The translations under genes were made by a program, and so were the position numbers. Positions 1-8,575 of a DNA stretch of 64,000 nucleotides are shown here, piece by piece (position 1 is the stretch's first letter; each line of letters opens with the position of its first letter). The notes beneath the pieces are model-generated. The model was not told where the DNA came from and did no database searches. It was given only the letters and a program-made list of their open reading frames with translations. Location: the NCBI RefSeq assembly GCF_024298765.1, contig NZ_CP101210.1, one strand, 5' to 3'. Source of the stretch: Escherichia coli. Its GTDB lineage: Bacteria > Pseudomonadota > Gammaproteobacteria > Enterobacterales > Enterobacteriaceae.

Positions 1-1086
1 GCCACCGATGCGCTTTATACCACAATGCTTACCGGGATGGGGGCGCGACGTCAGCCACTGATGTGGGCCATCACCACCGCCGGGTACAACATTGAGGGGC
101 CGTGCTACGACAAGCGGCGGGAAGTCATCGAGATGCTCAACGGCTCGGTGCCTAACGATGAACTGTTCGGGATCATCTATACCGTTGATGAAGGTGACGA
201 CTGGACCGACCCGCAGGTGCTGGAAAAAGCCAATCCAAATATTGGCGTGTCGGTTTATCGCGAATTTTTGTTAAGTCAGCAGCAGCGTGCGAAAAATAAC
301 GCCCGTCTGGCAAACGTCTTTAAAACGAAACACCTCAATATCTGGGTGTCGGCACGTTCGGCGTATTTCAACCTGGTGAGCTGGCAGAGCTGCGAGGATA
401 AATCACTGACCCTTGAGCAGTTCGAGGGGCAGCCGTGCATTCTGGCCTTTGACCTGGCGCGTAAGCTGGATATGAACAGCATGGCGCGACTTTATACCCG
501 CGAGATTGACGGTAAAACGCATTACTACAGTGTGGCCCCGCGCTTCTGGGTACCGTATGACACGGTGTACAGCGTCGAGAAAAATGAAGATAGACGGACA
601 GCCGAACGCTTTCAGAAATGGGTGGAAATGGGCGTCCTGACCGTTACCGATGGTGCAGAGGTGGATTATCGCTACATCCTCGAAGAGGCCAAAGCGGCGA
701 ACAAAATCAGCCCGGTCAGTGAGTCACCCATCGACCCCTTCGGGGCGACCGGGCTGTCACATGACCTTGCTGATGAAGATCTGAATCCCGTCACTATCGT
801 CCAGAACTTCGCCAATATGTCCGATCCGATGAAAGAGCTGGAAGCAGCGATTGAATCGGGACGCTTTCATCATGACGGCAATCCCATCATGACCTGGTGT
901 ATCGGCAATGTGGTCGGCAAAAACATGCCTGGTAACGATGATTTAGTGAAGCCCGTCAAGGAGCAGGCGGAAAACAAAATCGATGGTGCGGTTGCACTGA
1001 TTATGACGATCGGTCGGGCAATGCTCAAAGAACCTGGCGATTTCCTCTCATCTCTTGATCCGGACGATGATCTCTTAATTCTATGA
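1..1086 (+). CDS. Terminase large subunit, C-terminal ~360 aa (5-prime end outside window)
   Basis: The frame of ORF 25..1086 stays open back to nt 1. The sequence (WAITTAGYN..., [10 protein letters not shown]-terminal nuclease-like part) and its position directly upstream of the portal fit HK97-type large terminases. Confidence 0.8.
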   Translation, partial: ATDALYTTMLTGMGARRQPLMWAITTAGYNIEGPCYDKRREVIEMLNGSVPNDELFGIIYTVDEGDDWTDPQVLEKANPNIGVSVYREFLLSQQQRAKNNARLANVFKTKHLNIWVSARSAYFNLVSWQSCEDKSLTLEQFEGQPCILAFDLARKLDMNSMARLYTREIDGKTHYYSVAPRFWVPYDTVYSVEKNEDRRTAERFQKWVEMGVLTVTDGAEVDYRYILEEAKAANKISPVSESPIDPFGATGLSHDLADEDLNPVTIVQNFANMSDPMKELEAAIESGRFHHDGNPIMTWCIGNVVGKNMPGNDDLVKPVKEQAENKIDGAVALIMTIGRAMLKEPGDFLSSLDPDDDLLIL

Positions 1087-1244
1087 AATCACTAATTGCT
1101 GATGTTATCGGGCTGACTGGTTTTGGCCTGCTTACGTGCGGAGTTTACCTGCAGTTTGGTATGGCTCCGGCTCTGATTTTGTCCGGTGCTTTACTGCTGG
1201 TGGGTGCACTGGTTATGGTCAGAAGGGGGACGCGTGCTGCTTGA
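1083..1244 (+). CDS. Small hydrophobic protein, 53 aa, two predicted transmembrane segments (not in ORF track, below 60 aa)
   Basis: The ATG at 1083 overlaps the terminase stop (ATGA). Translation is [53 protein letters not shown]. The stop at 1242-1244 overlaps the preferred portal start (GTG 1234). Confidence 0.4.
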   Translation: MKSLIADVIGLTGFGLLTCGVYLQFGMAPALILSGALLLVGALVMVRRGTRAA

Positions 1245-2460
1245 TGCTCTGTTCAGAAGTAAATCACTGGAGAATCCTTCCACCCCGATAACCGGGGATG
1301 CCGTTGATACTGATGGGCTGTTCCGGGCAGACGTTTATGTCAGTCCTGAAACTGCGATGAAACTGGCTGCGGTGTATTCCTGTATCTATGTCCTGTCTTC
1401 CAGCCTTGCCCAGATGCCGTTGCATGTTATGCGCAGGCACAATGGGAAGGTTGAGCCCGCACGCGATCATCCGGCGTTTTATCTGGTTCATGATGAGCCC
1501 AATACCTGGCAAACCAGTTACAAATGGCGCGAACTGAAGCAACGTCACATCCTTGGCTGGGGGAATGGGTATACCTGGGTGAAACGTAATCGTCGCGGTG
1601 AAGTCATATCTCTGGATTGCTGTATGCCGTGGGAAACGACGCTGATGAATACTGGTGGCCGATACACCTACGGTTTGTACAACGAATATGGGGCGTTTGC
1701 GATCAGCCCCGACGATATGATCCACATCCGAGCGCTGGGTAATAATCAGAAGATGGGGCTGAGTCCGATTATGCAACATGCCGAAACAATAGGCATGGGG
1801 ATGAGCGGTCAGAAGTACACAGAAAGCTTCTTCAGCGGTAATGCCCGTCCGGCGGGGATAGTATCCGTTAAAAGCGGACTCAATAAGGAAAGCTGGGGCT
1901 GGCTTAAAGAACAGTGGCAGAAGGCATCGCAGGCGTTACGCCGCCAGGAAAACAAAACCATGCTGCTGCCAGCCGATCTGGATTACAAGGCACTGACTGT
2001 GTCGCCAGTTGACGCTCAGATCATTGACATGATGAAGCTGAACCGTTCAATGATCGCCGGTATTTTCAATATTCCTGCGCACATGATTAATGACCTCGAA
2101 AAAGCCACCTTCTCCAATATTTCTGCGCAGGCGATTCAGTTTGTCCGCTACACGATGATGCCGTGGGTGACGAACTGGGAGCAGGAGCTTAACCGTCGCT
2201 TGTTTACCCGCGCTGAGTTAGCCGCCGGGTATTACGTCAGGTTCAATCTGACGGGGCTTTTACGCGGAACTCCGCAGGAGCGCGCGCAATTCTATCACTT
2301 CGCTATTACCGATGGATGGATGAGCCGTAATGAGGCCCGCGCATTTGAGGATATGAATCCGGTTGAAGGGCTGGACGAGATGCTGGTAAGCGTGAATGCT
2401 GCTAACCCGGCAGGAGATTTTAAGCCCCCAAAAAACGATGAGGGAAAAACCAATGAATGA
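1234..2460 (+). CDS. Portal protein, HK97 family
   Basis: Lies in ORF 1186..2460. I prefer GTG 1234 because AGGGGG sits ~6 nt upstream. The N-terminus ([17 protein letters not shown]), size (~408 aa) and position between terminase and prohead protease fit a portal. Confidence 0.85.
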   Translation: MLLDALFRSKSLENPSTPITGDAVDTDGLFRADVYVSPETAMKLAAVYSCIYVLSSSLAQMPLHVMRRHNGKVEPARDHPAFYLVHDEPNTWQTSYKWRELKQRHILGWGNGYTWVKRNRRGEVISLDCCMPWETTLMNTGGRYTYGLYNEYGAFAISPDDMIHIRALGNNQKMGLSPIMQHAETIGMGMSGQKYTESFFSGNARPAGIVSVKSGLNKESWGWLKEQWQKASQALRRQENKTMLLPADLDYKALTVSPVDAQIIDMMKLNRSMIAGIFNIPAHMINDLEKATFSNISAQAIQFVRYTMMPWVTNWEQELNRRLFTRAELAAGYYVRFNLTGLLRGTPQERAQFYHFAITDGWMSRNEARAFEDMNPVEGLDEMLVSVNAANPAGDFKPPKNDEGKTNE

Positions 2461-3055
2461 CCGTGAAATCCGTTGTTACAGCGGTGAGGTGCGTGCTGAG
2501 CGGCATGACGATAACCCGGCGCACATTATCGGTTATGGATCGGTGTTTGACTGTCGTTCTGAGCTGATATTCGGTTCATTCCGCGAAATCATCCGGCCCG
2601 GCGCTTTTGACGATGTGCTTGGTGATGATGTACGCGCACTGTTTAACCACGATCCTAATTTTATTCTTGGGCGTAGTGCAGCAGGCACGCTGAATCTTTC
2701 AGTTGATGAGCGCGGATTACGCTATGACATCCAGGCTCCGGAGACACAGACCATTCGTGATCTGGTGCTGGCCCCGATGCAACGTGGAGATATTAACCAG
2801 TCATCTTTCGCTTTCCGTGTCGCCCGTGACGGTGAGGAGTGGTATCAGGATGAGGACGGGGTTGTTATTCGCGAGATAACCCGCTTTTCCCGTCTGCTGG
2901 ATGTCAGTCCTGTGACATATCCTGCCTATCAGGAGGCTGACTCGGCTGTTCGCTCCATGAAAGCATGGCAGGAGGCGCGCAACAGTGGCGCGCTACAGAA
3001 AGCCATTAATCAACGTATGGCGCGTGAACGCGTCCTGACCCTTCTTAACGCGTAA
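2453..3055 (+). CDS. Prohead maturation protease, HK97 family
   Basis: Lies in ORF 2396..3055. ATG 2453 overlaps the portal stop (ATGAATGA). The pattern GYGSVFD...ELIFGSF, ~200 aa, directly upstream of the capsid gene is typical. Confidence 0.8.
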   Translation: MNDREIRCYSGEVRAERHDDNPAHIIGYGSVFDCRSELIFGSFREIIRPGAFDDVLGDDVRALFNHDPNFILGRSAAGTLNLSVDERGLRYDIQAPETQTIRDLVLAPMQRGDINQSSFAFRVARDGEEWYQDEDGVVIREITRFSRLLDVSPVTYPAYQEADSAVRSMKAWQEARNSGALQKAINQRMARERVLTLLNA

Positions 3056-3065
3056 AGGAAACATC

Positions 3066-4295
3066 ATGAAACTGCATGAACTGAAACAGAAACGTAATAC
3101 TATCGCAACTGACATGCGCGCCCTGAATGAAAAAATTGGTGATAACGCATGGACGGAAGAGCAGCGCACTGAGTGGAACAAAGCAAAATCCGAACTGGAA
3201 GCGCTTGATGAACGAATTGCACGCGAAGAAGAACTGCGTCGTCAGGATCAGGCGTACATTGAAAGCAATGAGGAAGAGCAGCGTCAGAATCTTGATCCGG
3301 AAAACAATCCGCAACAGGATGAGAAACGAGCTCAGGTTTTTGATAAGTGGATGCGTCACGGTGCCAGTGAGCTGACATCAGAAGAACGAAAGGCGTTGCG
3401 TGAACTTCGTGCCCAGGGTGTAGCTCAGGATGAAAAGGGCGGATATACCGTACCAGAAACATTCCTGGCGAAAGTTGTTGAGAAGATGAAATCCTACGGT
3501 GGCATCGCCAGTGTGGCGCAGATTCTGACCACTTCTGACGGTCGCACTATGGAGTGGGCAACAGCTGATGGTACTTCCGAAGTTGGTGTTCTGCTGGGCG
3601 AAAATGAAGAAGCCGGTGAAGAAGACACCGATTTCGGTATGGGAAGTCTTGGGGCGCTCAAAATGACATCGAAAATCATTCGTGTGTCTAATGAGTTGCT
3701 GCAGGACAGCGCGATCGATATGGAAGCTTATCTTGCCCGTCGCATTGCTGAACGTATTGGTCGTGGTGAAGCCCGTTATCTGATTCAGGGAACTGGTGCT
3801 GGTACGCCTAAACAACCCAAAGGGCTGGTCGCATCTGTGACCGGCACAACACAGACTGCCGCGGCAAATACGGTGAAGTGGCAGGAAATTCTGGCTCTGA
3901 AACACAGCATTGATCCTGCATATCGTCGCGGGCCGAAATTCCGCCTGGCGTTTAACGATAATACGCTGAAACTGATCAGTGAGATGGAAGACGGTCAGGG
4001 ACGCCCTTTATGGTTGCCGGATATTGTTGGTGTGGCACCTGCTTCAGTGTTGAATGTACCGTATGTCATTGATCAGGAAATTGATGATATCGGGGCGGGT
4101 AAAAAATTCATGTTCTGTGGTGACTTTGATCGCTTCATTATCCGTCGTGTGCGATACATGATTCTTAAACGTCTGGTTGAGCGTTACGCGGAATATGATC
4201 AGACTGGTTTTCTGGCCTTCCATCGTTTTGACTGTATCCTGGAAGACACCTCTGCCATTAAAGCGCTGGTGGGGAAAGGTAGCGTTGGTGGTTGA
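3066..4295 (+). CDS. Major capsid protein, HK97 family, with N-terminal coiled-coil delta domain
   Basis: 409 aa. The N-terminus is charged and helical (MKLHELKQKRNTIATDMRALNEK...), followed by the KGGYTVPETF motif and an HK97-fold-type body. AAGGAAA lies upstream of the ATG. Confidence 0.85.
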   Translation: MKLHELKQKRNTIATDMRALNEKIGDNAWTEEQRTEWNKAKSELEALDERIAREEELRRQDQAYIESNEEEQRQNLDPENNPQQDEKRAQVFDKWMRHGASELTSEERKALRELRAQGVAQDEKGGYTVPETFLAKVVEKMKSYGGIASVAQILTTSDGRTMEWATADGTSEVGVLLGENEEAGEEDTDFGMGSLGALKMTSKIIRVSNELLQDSAIDMEAYLARRIAERIGRGEARYLIQGTGAGTPKQPKGLVASVTGTTQTAAANTVKWQEILALKHSIDPAYRRGPKFRLAFNDNTLKLISEMEDGQGRPLWLPDIVGVAPASVLNVPYVIDQEIDDIGAGKKFMFCGDFDRFIIRRVRYMILKRLVERYAEYDQTGFLAFHRFDCILEDTSAIKALVGKGSVGG

Positions 4296-4310
4296 TTAGT
4301 CTTTTTACGT

Positions 4311-4363
4311 AATACAGCACGCCGCGTAATGCGGTTTTTTTGTGCCCGCGTTCTGGCGGGCAC
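4311..4363 (+). terminator. Two hairpins after the capsid gene: a weak CCGC/GCGG stem plus T7 run, then an 8-bp GTGCCCGC/GCGGGCAC stem
   Basis: Read directly. 4322-4334 is a stem-loop followed by tttttttg. 4342-4363 is a perfect 8-bp stem with a 6-nt loop, immediately before AGGAGG and ATG 4374. Confidence 0.4.
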
Positions 4364-4373
4364 AGGAGGTTTT

Positions 4374-4697
4374 ATGCTGTTAAAAATGGAAGAGATTAAG
4401 CTTCAGCTCCGTCTGGATGATGATTTCTCTGATGAAGATGAGTTGCTTGAACTGCTTGGTAAGGCCGCTCAGAGTCGTACGGAAAACTTCCTTAACCGTA
4501 AGTTGTATGCAACCGCAGATGACAGGCCTGCGGATGATCCTGATGGGCTTGTGATATCTGATGATGTGAAGCTGGCGCTTCTGCTACTTGTCAGCCATTT
4601 CTACGAAAACCGCTCAACGGTTACAGACGTTGAGAAAATGGAGTTGCCAATGAGTTTTAACTGGTTGGTTGTTCCTTATCGCCTTATACCACTATGA
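4374..4697 (+). CDS. Head-tail connector protein (gp6-like)
   Basis: Lies in ORF 4329..4697. I prefer ATG 4374, which has AGGAGG 5 nt upstream; the longer start would read through the hairpins. The sequence MLLKMEEIKLQLRLDDDFSDEDELL... resembles phage head-tail connector proteins. Confidence 0.6.
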   Translation: MLLKMEEIKLQLRLDDDFSDEDELLELLGKAAQSRTENFLNRKLYATADDRPADDPDGLVISDDVKLALLLLVSHFYENRSTVTDVEKMELPMSFNWLVVPYRLIPL

Positions 4698-5104
4698 AAA
4701 TTCGTCAGGCGCAGACCAGCGCAACCTACATTCTGCCGGACCCCGGCGAACTGAATAAACGCGTCCTGATCCGCCAGCGGGTGGATATGCCCGCGGATAA
4801 CTTTGGCGTGGAGCCTCAATACCCGGTTGCGTTCCGGGCATGGGCGAAGGTTATCCAGACCAGTGCCACCACCTGGCAGGAAACCGCGCAGACCGGAGAC
4901 GCCATCACCCATTACATCACCATTCGCTACCGCCGGGGGATCACTGCTGATTATGAGGTGGTCTGTGATGACAGTGTGTACCGGGTGAAACGTCAGCGCG
5001 ATCTGAACGGGGCGCGGCGCTTTCTGCTGCTGGAGTGTACGGAACTGGGCGAATTTACGCAGAGTCACGGAGGCAGCAATGGCGACTCCCTTTTTTCACG
5101 TTGA
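4694..5104 (+). CDS. Head closure / head-tail adaptor protein (SPP1 gp16-like)
   Basis: ATGA overlap with the upstream gene. The pattern ...AWAKVIQTSATTWQE...THYITIRYRRGIT...YRV... fits head-tail joining proteins. Confidence 0.6.
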   Translation: MKIRQAQTSATYILPDPGELNKRVLIRQRVDMPADNFGVEPQYPVAFRAWAKVIQTSATTWQETAQTGDAITHYITIRYRRGITADYEVVCDDSVYRVKRQRDLNGARRFLLLECTELGEFTQSHGGSNGDSLFSR

Positions 5105-5585
5105 TGTTCAGCAGCCCGCGGAGATGCGCTTTAACCGCGCCCGTGTCCGGCGGGCGTTTGTCACGATTGGGCAGCGTCATATGCGTGATGCCCGTCGGCT
5201 GGTGATGCGCCGTGCGCGGTCGGCACCGGGTGAAAACCCCGGTTATCAGACCGGACGCCTGGCTCGTTCGATTGGTTACATGGTGCCGAGAGCCAGTAAA
5301 AAGCGAGCCGGTTTTATGACACGCATTGCCCCTAACCAGCGCAACGGGAAGGGGAACCGGATGATCTCTGGTGACTTCTATCCGGCGTTTCTGTTTTTTG
5401 GTGTCCGGGGAGGAGCAAAACGTCGTCGTAGTCATCATCGTGGTGCATCCGGTGGCAGCGGCTGGCGGCTGGCTCCACGTAATAACTTTATGGTGGAAAC
5501 GCTTGAAAAGAACCGCAGCTGGACACGCTATTTTCTGGCGCGGGAATTGCGTAAATCACTGAAGCCGGAGCGACGACACAGATGA
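5079..5585 (+). CDS. Neck/tail-attachment protein (HK97 gp10-like), Arg/Gly-rich C-terminus
   Basis: 168-aa ORF in the operon at the conserved position. The family call is by position and weak resemblance only. Confidence 0.45.
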   Translation: MATPFFHVDVQQPAEMRFNRARVRRAFVTIGQRHMRDARRLVMRRARSAPGENPGYQTGRLARSIGYMVPRASKKRAGFMTRIAPNQRNGKGNRMISGDFYPAFLFFGVRGGAKRRRSHHRGASGGSGWRLAPRNNFMVETLEKNRSWTRYFLARELRKSLKPERRHR

Positions 5586-6142
5586 AACTGACGCCTGTTA
5601 TTGCTGCGCTGCGTGCCCGCTGCCCGTATTTTGAAAACCGGGTGGCAGGCGCGGCACAGTTCAAAAATCTGCCGGAGGTCGGAAAGCTGAGACTCCCGGC
5701 GGCGTATGTGGTACCGGGTGATGACTCTCCGGGAGAAAACAAAAGCCAGACCGACTACTGGCAGGAGCTGAAAGAGGGCTTCTCCGTGGTTGTCATACTG
5801 AGTAACGGGCGTGATGAGCGCGGTCAGTTTGCCTCGTATGATGTGGTGGACGATGTCCGGCAGATGCTCTTTAAGGCTCTGCTGGGCTGGAACCCGGAAG
5901 CGTGCGGTAACCCGATTACCTATGACGGCGGCACGCTGCTGGATCTGAATCGTCATGAGCTGATTTATCAGTTCGATTTTTCGGTCATCAGCGAGCTGAC
6001 CGAAGACGATACCCGCCAGCAGGATGACCTGAACAGTCTGGATGAACTGCGAACGCTGGCGATTGATGTTGATTATCTCGATCCCGGTAACGGGCCTGAC
6101 GGCGATATCGAACATCACACCGAAATAACCCTTCCTTCCTGA
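5582..6142 (+). CDS. Tail completion/terminator-type protein
   Basis: 186-aa ORF with an ATGA overlap, lying between the neck genes and the sheath. Assignment rests on synteny with Mu/SfV-like tails. Confidence 0.45.
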   Translation: MKLTPVIAALRARCPYFENRVAGAAQFKNLPEVGKLRLPAAYVVPGDDSPGENKSQTDYWQELKEGFSVVVILSNGRDERGQFASYDVVDDVRQMLFKALLGWNPEACGNPITYDGGTLLDLNRHELIYQFDFSVISELTEDDTRQQDDLNSLDELRTLAIDVDYLDPGNGPDGDIEHHTEITLPS

Positions 6143-6150
6143 GAATCTTC

Positions 6151-6321
6151 ATGTTTGTGAAACCTGTTAAAGGGCGGTCAGTTCCTGACCCTGCCCGCGG
6201 TGACCTTTTGCCCGCCGAGGGGCGAAATGTTGATGAGAACAACTACTGGCTGCGCCGTGAAGCAGCGGGTGATATCCGGCGCGTGAATGAAAAGGTGAAT
6301 ACCGATGACGATAAGCTTTAA
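6151..6321 (+). CDS. Small conserved protein upstream of the tail sheath (DUF2635-like), 56 aa, not in ORF track
   Basis: ATG 6151. Translation is MFVKPVKGRSVPDPARGDLLPAEGRNVDENNYWLRREAAGDIRRVNEKVNTDDDKL. The stop at 6319-6321 overlaps sheath start 6305. I recall this motif (VPDP...LP..G..V....YW.RR...GD) in the small gene preceding Mu-type sheath genes. Confidence 0.45.
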   Translation: MFVKPVKGRSVPDPARGDLLPAEGRNVDENNYWLRREAAGDIRRVNEKVNTDDDKL

Positions 6322-7801
6322 CACCATTCCGTCGAATACGCTGGTTCCGATTTTTTATGCGGAAATGGATAACCAGGCGGCGAATACTGCACAGGACAGC
6401 GGAGCATCGCTGCTGATTGGTCATGCCAATAACGGTGCAGAGATTGTTGCCAACAGTCTGGTGCTGATGCCATCGGCAGACTATGCACGCCAGATTTGTG
6501 GTGCGGGAAGTCAGCTGGCGCGTATGGTCGAGGCTTATCGCCAGACCGACCCGTTTGGTGAACTGTATGTGATTGCCGTTCCTGAATCCACGGGCGCGGC
6601 GGCAACAGTTACGCTGACGGTGACCGGCGCGGCAACCGAAACCGGCACGGTGAATGTTTATGTGGGACGTACCCGCGTGCAGGCTCCGGTGACCAACGGC
6701 GATAACGTCACGACGATTGCCAGCAGTATCCAGGATGCCATCAATGCCGTTCCGGCCCTGCCGTTTACGGCTTCATCTTCGGCAGGCGTGGTCACACTGA
6801 CCGCGCGTCATAAGGGGCTTTGCGGGAATGAAATTCCTGTCAGCCTCAATTACTACGGCTTTGGTGGGGGCGAAGTGCTGCCAGCGGGCGTACAGATTGC
6901 CGTGGCGACGGGGACCGCCGGTACGGGTGCTCCGGTTCTCACCGGCGCGGTGGCTGCAATGGCGGATGAGCCGTTTGATTATATCGGCCTGCCGTTCAAC
7001 GACACGGCCTCCGTTAACACGCTGGTGACCGAGATGAACGATACCAGCGGTCGCTGGAGCTATGCGCGTCAGCTGTATGGTCATGTGTATACGGCAAAGA
7101 TCGGCACGCTGTCAGAACTGGTGACCGCAGGTGACCAGTTTAACCAGCAGCACATTACCCTGGCGGGATACGAAAAAGAGACCCAGACGCCTGCCGACGA
7201 GCTGGCGGCAAGCCGTACCGCCCGCGCAGCGGTGTTTATTCGCAACGATCCGGCACGTCCCACGCAGACCGGTGAGCTGGTGGGTATGCTGCCTGCGCCG
7301 AAGGGGAAACGGTTCACGATGACTGAACAACAGACCCTGCTGTCTCATGGCGTGGCAACGGCGTATGTCGAAAGTGGGGTGCTGCGCATTCAGCGTGATG
7401 TCACCACGTACAGGAAAAACGCTTACGGTGTTGCGGATAACAGCTACCTCGACAGCGAGACGCTGCATACCAGTGCGTATGTACTGCGCAAACTGAAATC
7501 CGTCATTACCAGTAAGTACGGGCGTCACAAGCTTGCCAGCGACGGTACCCGCTTTGGTCCCGGTCAGGCGATTGTCACCCCGGCGGTGATCAAAGGGGAA
7601 CTGCTGGCAACCTACCGTCAGCTTGAGCGTGCGGGGATCGTGGAAAACTACGAACTGTTCAAGCAGTACCTGGTTGTGGAGCGTGATGCCAGCGATCCGA
7701 ACCGCCTGAACACGCTGTTCCCGCCTGACTATGTTAACCAGTTGCGTGTCTTTGCCGTGGTTAACCAGTTCCGTCTTCAGTATTCAGAGGAGTCTGCATA
7801 A
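6305..7801 (+). CDS. Contractile tail sheath protein (Mu gpL-like)
   Basis: 498 aa, followed directly (ATAATG overlap) by a ~118-aa tube gene. The order sheath-tube-chaperone-tape measure supports the call. Confidence 0.8.
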   Translation: MTISFNTIPSNTLVPIFYAEMDNQAANTAQDSGASLLIGHANNGAEIVANSLVLMPSADYARQICGAGSQLARMVEAYRQTDPFGELYVIAVPESTGAAATVTLTVTGAATETGTVNVYVGRTRVQAPVTNGDNVTTIASSIQDAINAVPALPFTASSSAGVVTLTARHKGLCGNEIPVSLNYYGFGGGEVLPAGVQIAVATGTAGTGAPVLTGAVAAMADEPFDYIGLPFNDTASVNTLVTEMNDTSGRWSYARQLYGHVYTAKIGTLSELVTAGDQFNQQHITLAGYEKETQTPADELAASRTARAAVFIRNDPARPTQTGELVGMLPAPKGKRFTMTEQQTLLSHGVATAYVESGVLRIQRDVTTYRKNAYGVADNSYLDSETLHTSAYVLRKLKSVITSKYGRHKLASDGTRFGPGQAIVTPAVIKGELLATYRQLERAGIVENYELFKQYLVVERDASDPNRLNTLFPPDYVNQLRVFAVVNQFRLQYSEESA

Positions 7802-8157
7802 TGGCCCGTATCGGGGGAACCTGTTATTTCAAAATTGACGGTCAGCAGCTATCGCTGACCGGCGGCATTGAGGTGCCCATGAACAGGATGGTTAATGATG
7901 ACATCATCGGCCTGGACGGTTCAGTGGACCGCAAGGAAACTCACCGTGCGCCTTATGTCAAAGGGACCTTCAAGGTGCCGAAGAATTTTCCGGTGGGCAA
8001 AATCACCTCGTCTGATGAGATGACAATCACTGCCGAGCTGGCGAACGGTCAGGTCTATGTACTGTCGTCTGCTTGGCTGCACGGCGAAGCGAACCATAAT
8101 GCCGAAGAAGGCACGGTCGATCTTGAGTTCCACGGTGAAGAAGGGGATTACCAGTAA
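7801..8157 (+). CDS. Tail tube protein (Mu gpM-like)
   Basis: 118 aa, at the position between sheath and chaperone. Confidence 0.7.
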   Translation: MARIGGTCYFKIDGQQLSLTGGIEVPMNRMVNDDIIGLDGSVDRKETHRAPYVKGTFKVPKNFPVGKITSSDEMTITAELANGQVYVLSSAWLHGEANHNAEEGTVDLEFHGEEGDYQ

Positions 8158-8426
8158 TGAAAGAGCTTGAGTTAAAGAAACCGATTACCGCTCATGGCGA
8201 GACACTCTCCGTACTGGAGTTTGATGAGCCCACCGGGAAAGATGTCCGCGAGCTGGGGTATCCCTACCAGATGAATCAGGATGAGTCCGTCAGACTTCTG
8301 GCGCATGTGGTATCGAAATATATTGTGCGGCTGGCGAAAGTGCCGCAAAGCTCTGTCGACCAGATGTCTCCGGCAGACCTGAATGCAGCGGCGTGGCTTG
8401 TGGCTGGTTTTTTCCTCCAGGCCTGA
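8157..8426 (+). CDS. Tail assembly chaperone, short (zero-frame) product
   Basis: 89 aa, TAATGA overlap with the tube gene, immediately upstream of the tape measure. Carries a slippery heptamer near its 3-prime end. Confidence 0.65.
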   Translation: MKELELKKPITAHGETLSVLEFDEPTGKDVRELGYPYQMNQDESVRLLAHVVSKYIVRLAKVPQSSVDQMSPADLNAAAWLVAGFFLQA

Positions 8427-8575
8427 CGGCTGAATACCTTACTGATCGCTTCTTTGATTGCGCCAGCTACTGGCGCATTAATCCTTTCGAATTGCTGAAT
8501 ATGCCGATCAGTGAAATTCCCTTGCTGGTCAGTCAGGCAAACAGGATAGAGCAGGAGAAACGCACACATGGCTGA
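8157..8575 (+). CDS. Tail assembly chaperone, long product made by -1 programmed frameshift at 8408-8414
   Basis: The zero frame reads GGT TTT TTC. The -1 frame continues as FFPPGLTAEYLTDRFF... (ORF 8393..8575, which has no credible start of its own) and ends at 8575, overlapping tape-measure start 8568. Confidence 0.55.
8408..8414 (+). promoter_or_regulatory. Slippery heptamer T_TTT_TTC for -1 ribosomal frameshifting
   Basis: Codon phase checked: (8406-8157) is divisible by 3, so the codons are GGT TTT TTC. This is a canonical X_XXY_YYZ heptamer 12 nt before the zero-frame stop. Confidence 0.6.

Noticed and set aside
1264-6118. Long antisense ORFs inside phage structural genes (for example 1264..1779, 3378..3905, 4676..5068, 5528..6118 on the minus strand)
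   Set aside because: The late operon is densely packed on the plus strand with translational coupling. The antisense frames have no starts with an SD and look like GC-driven open frames.
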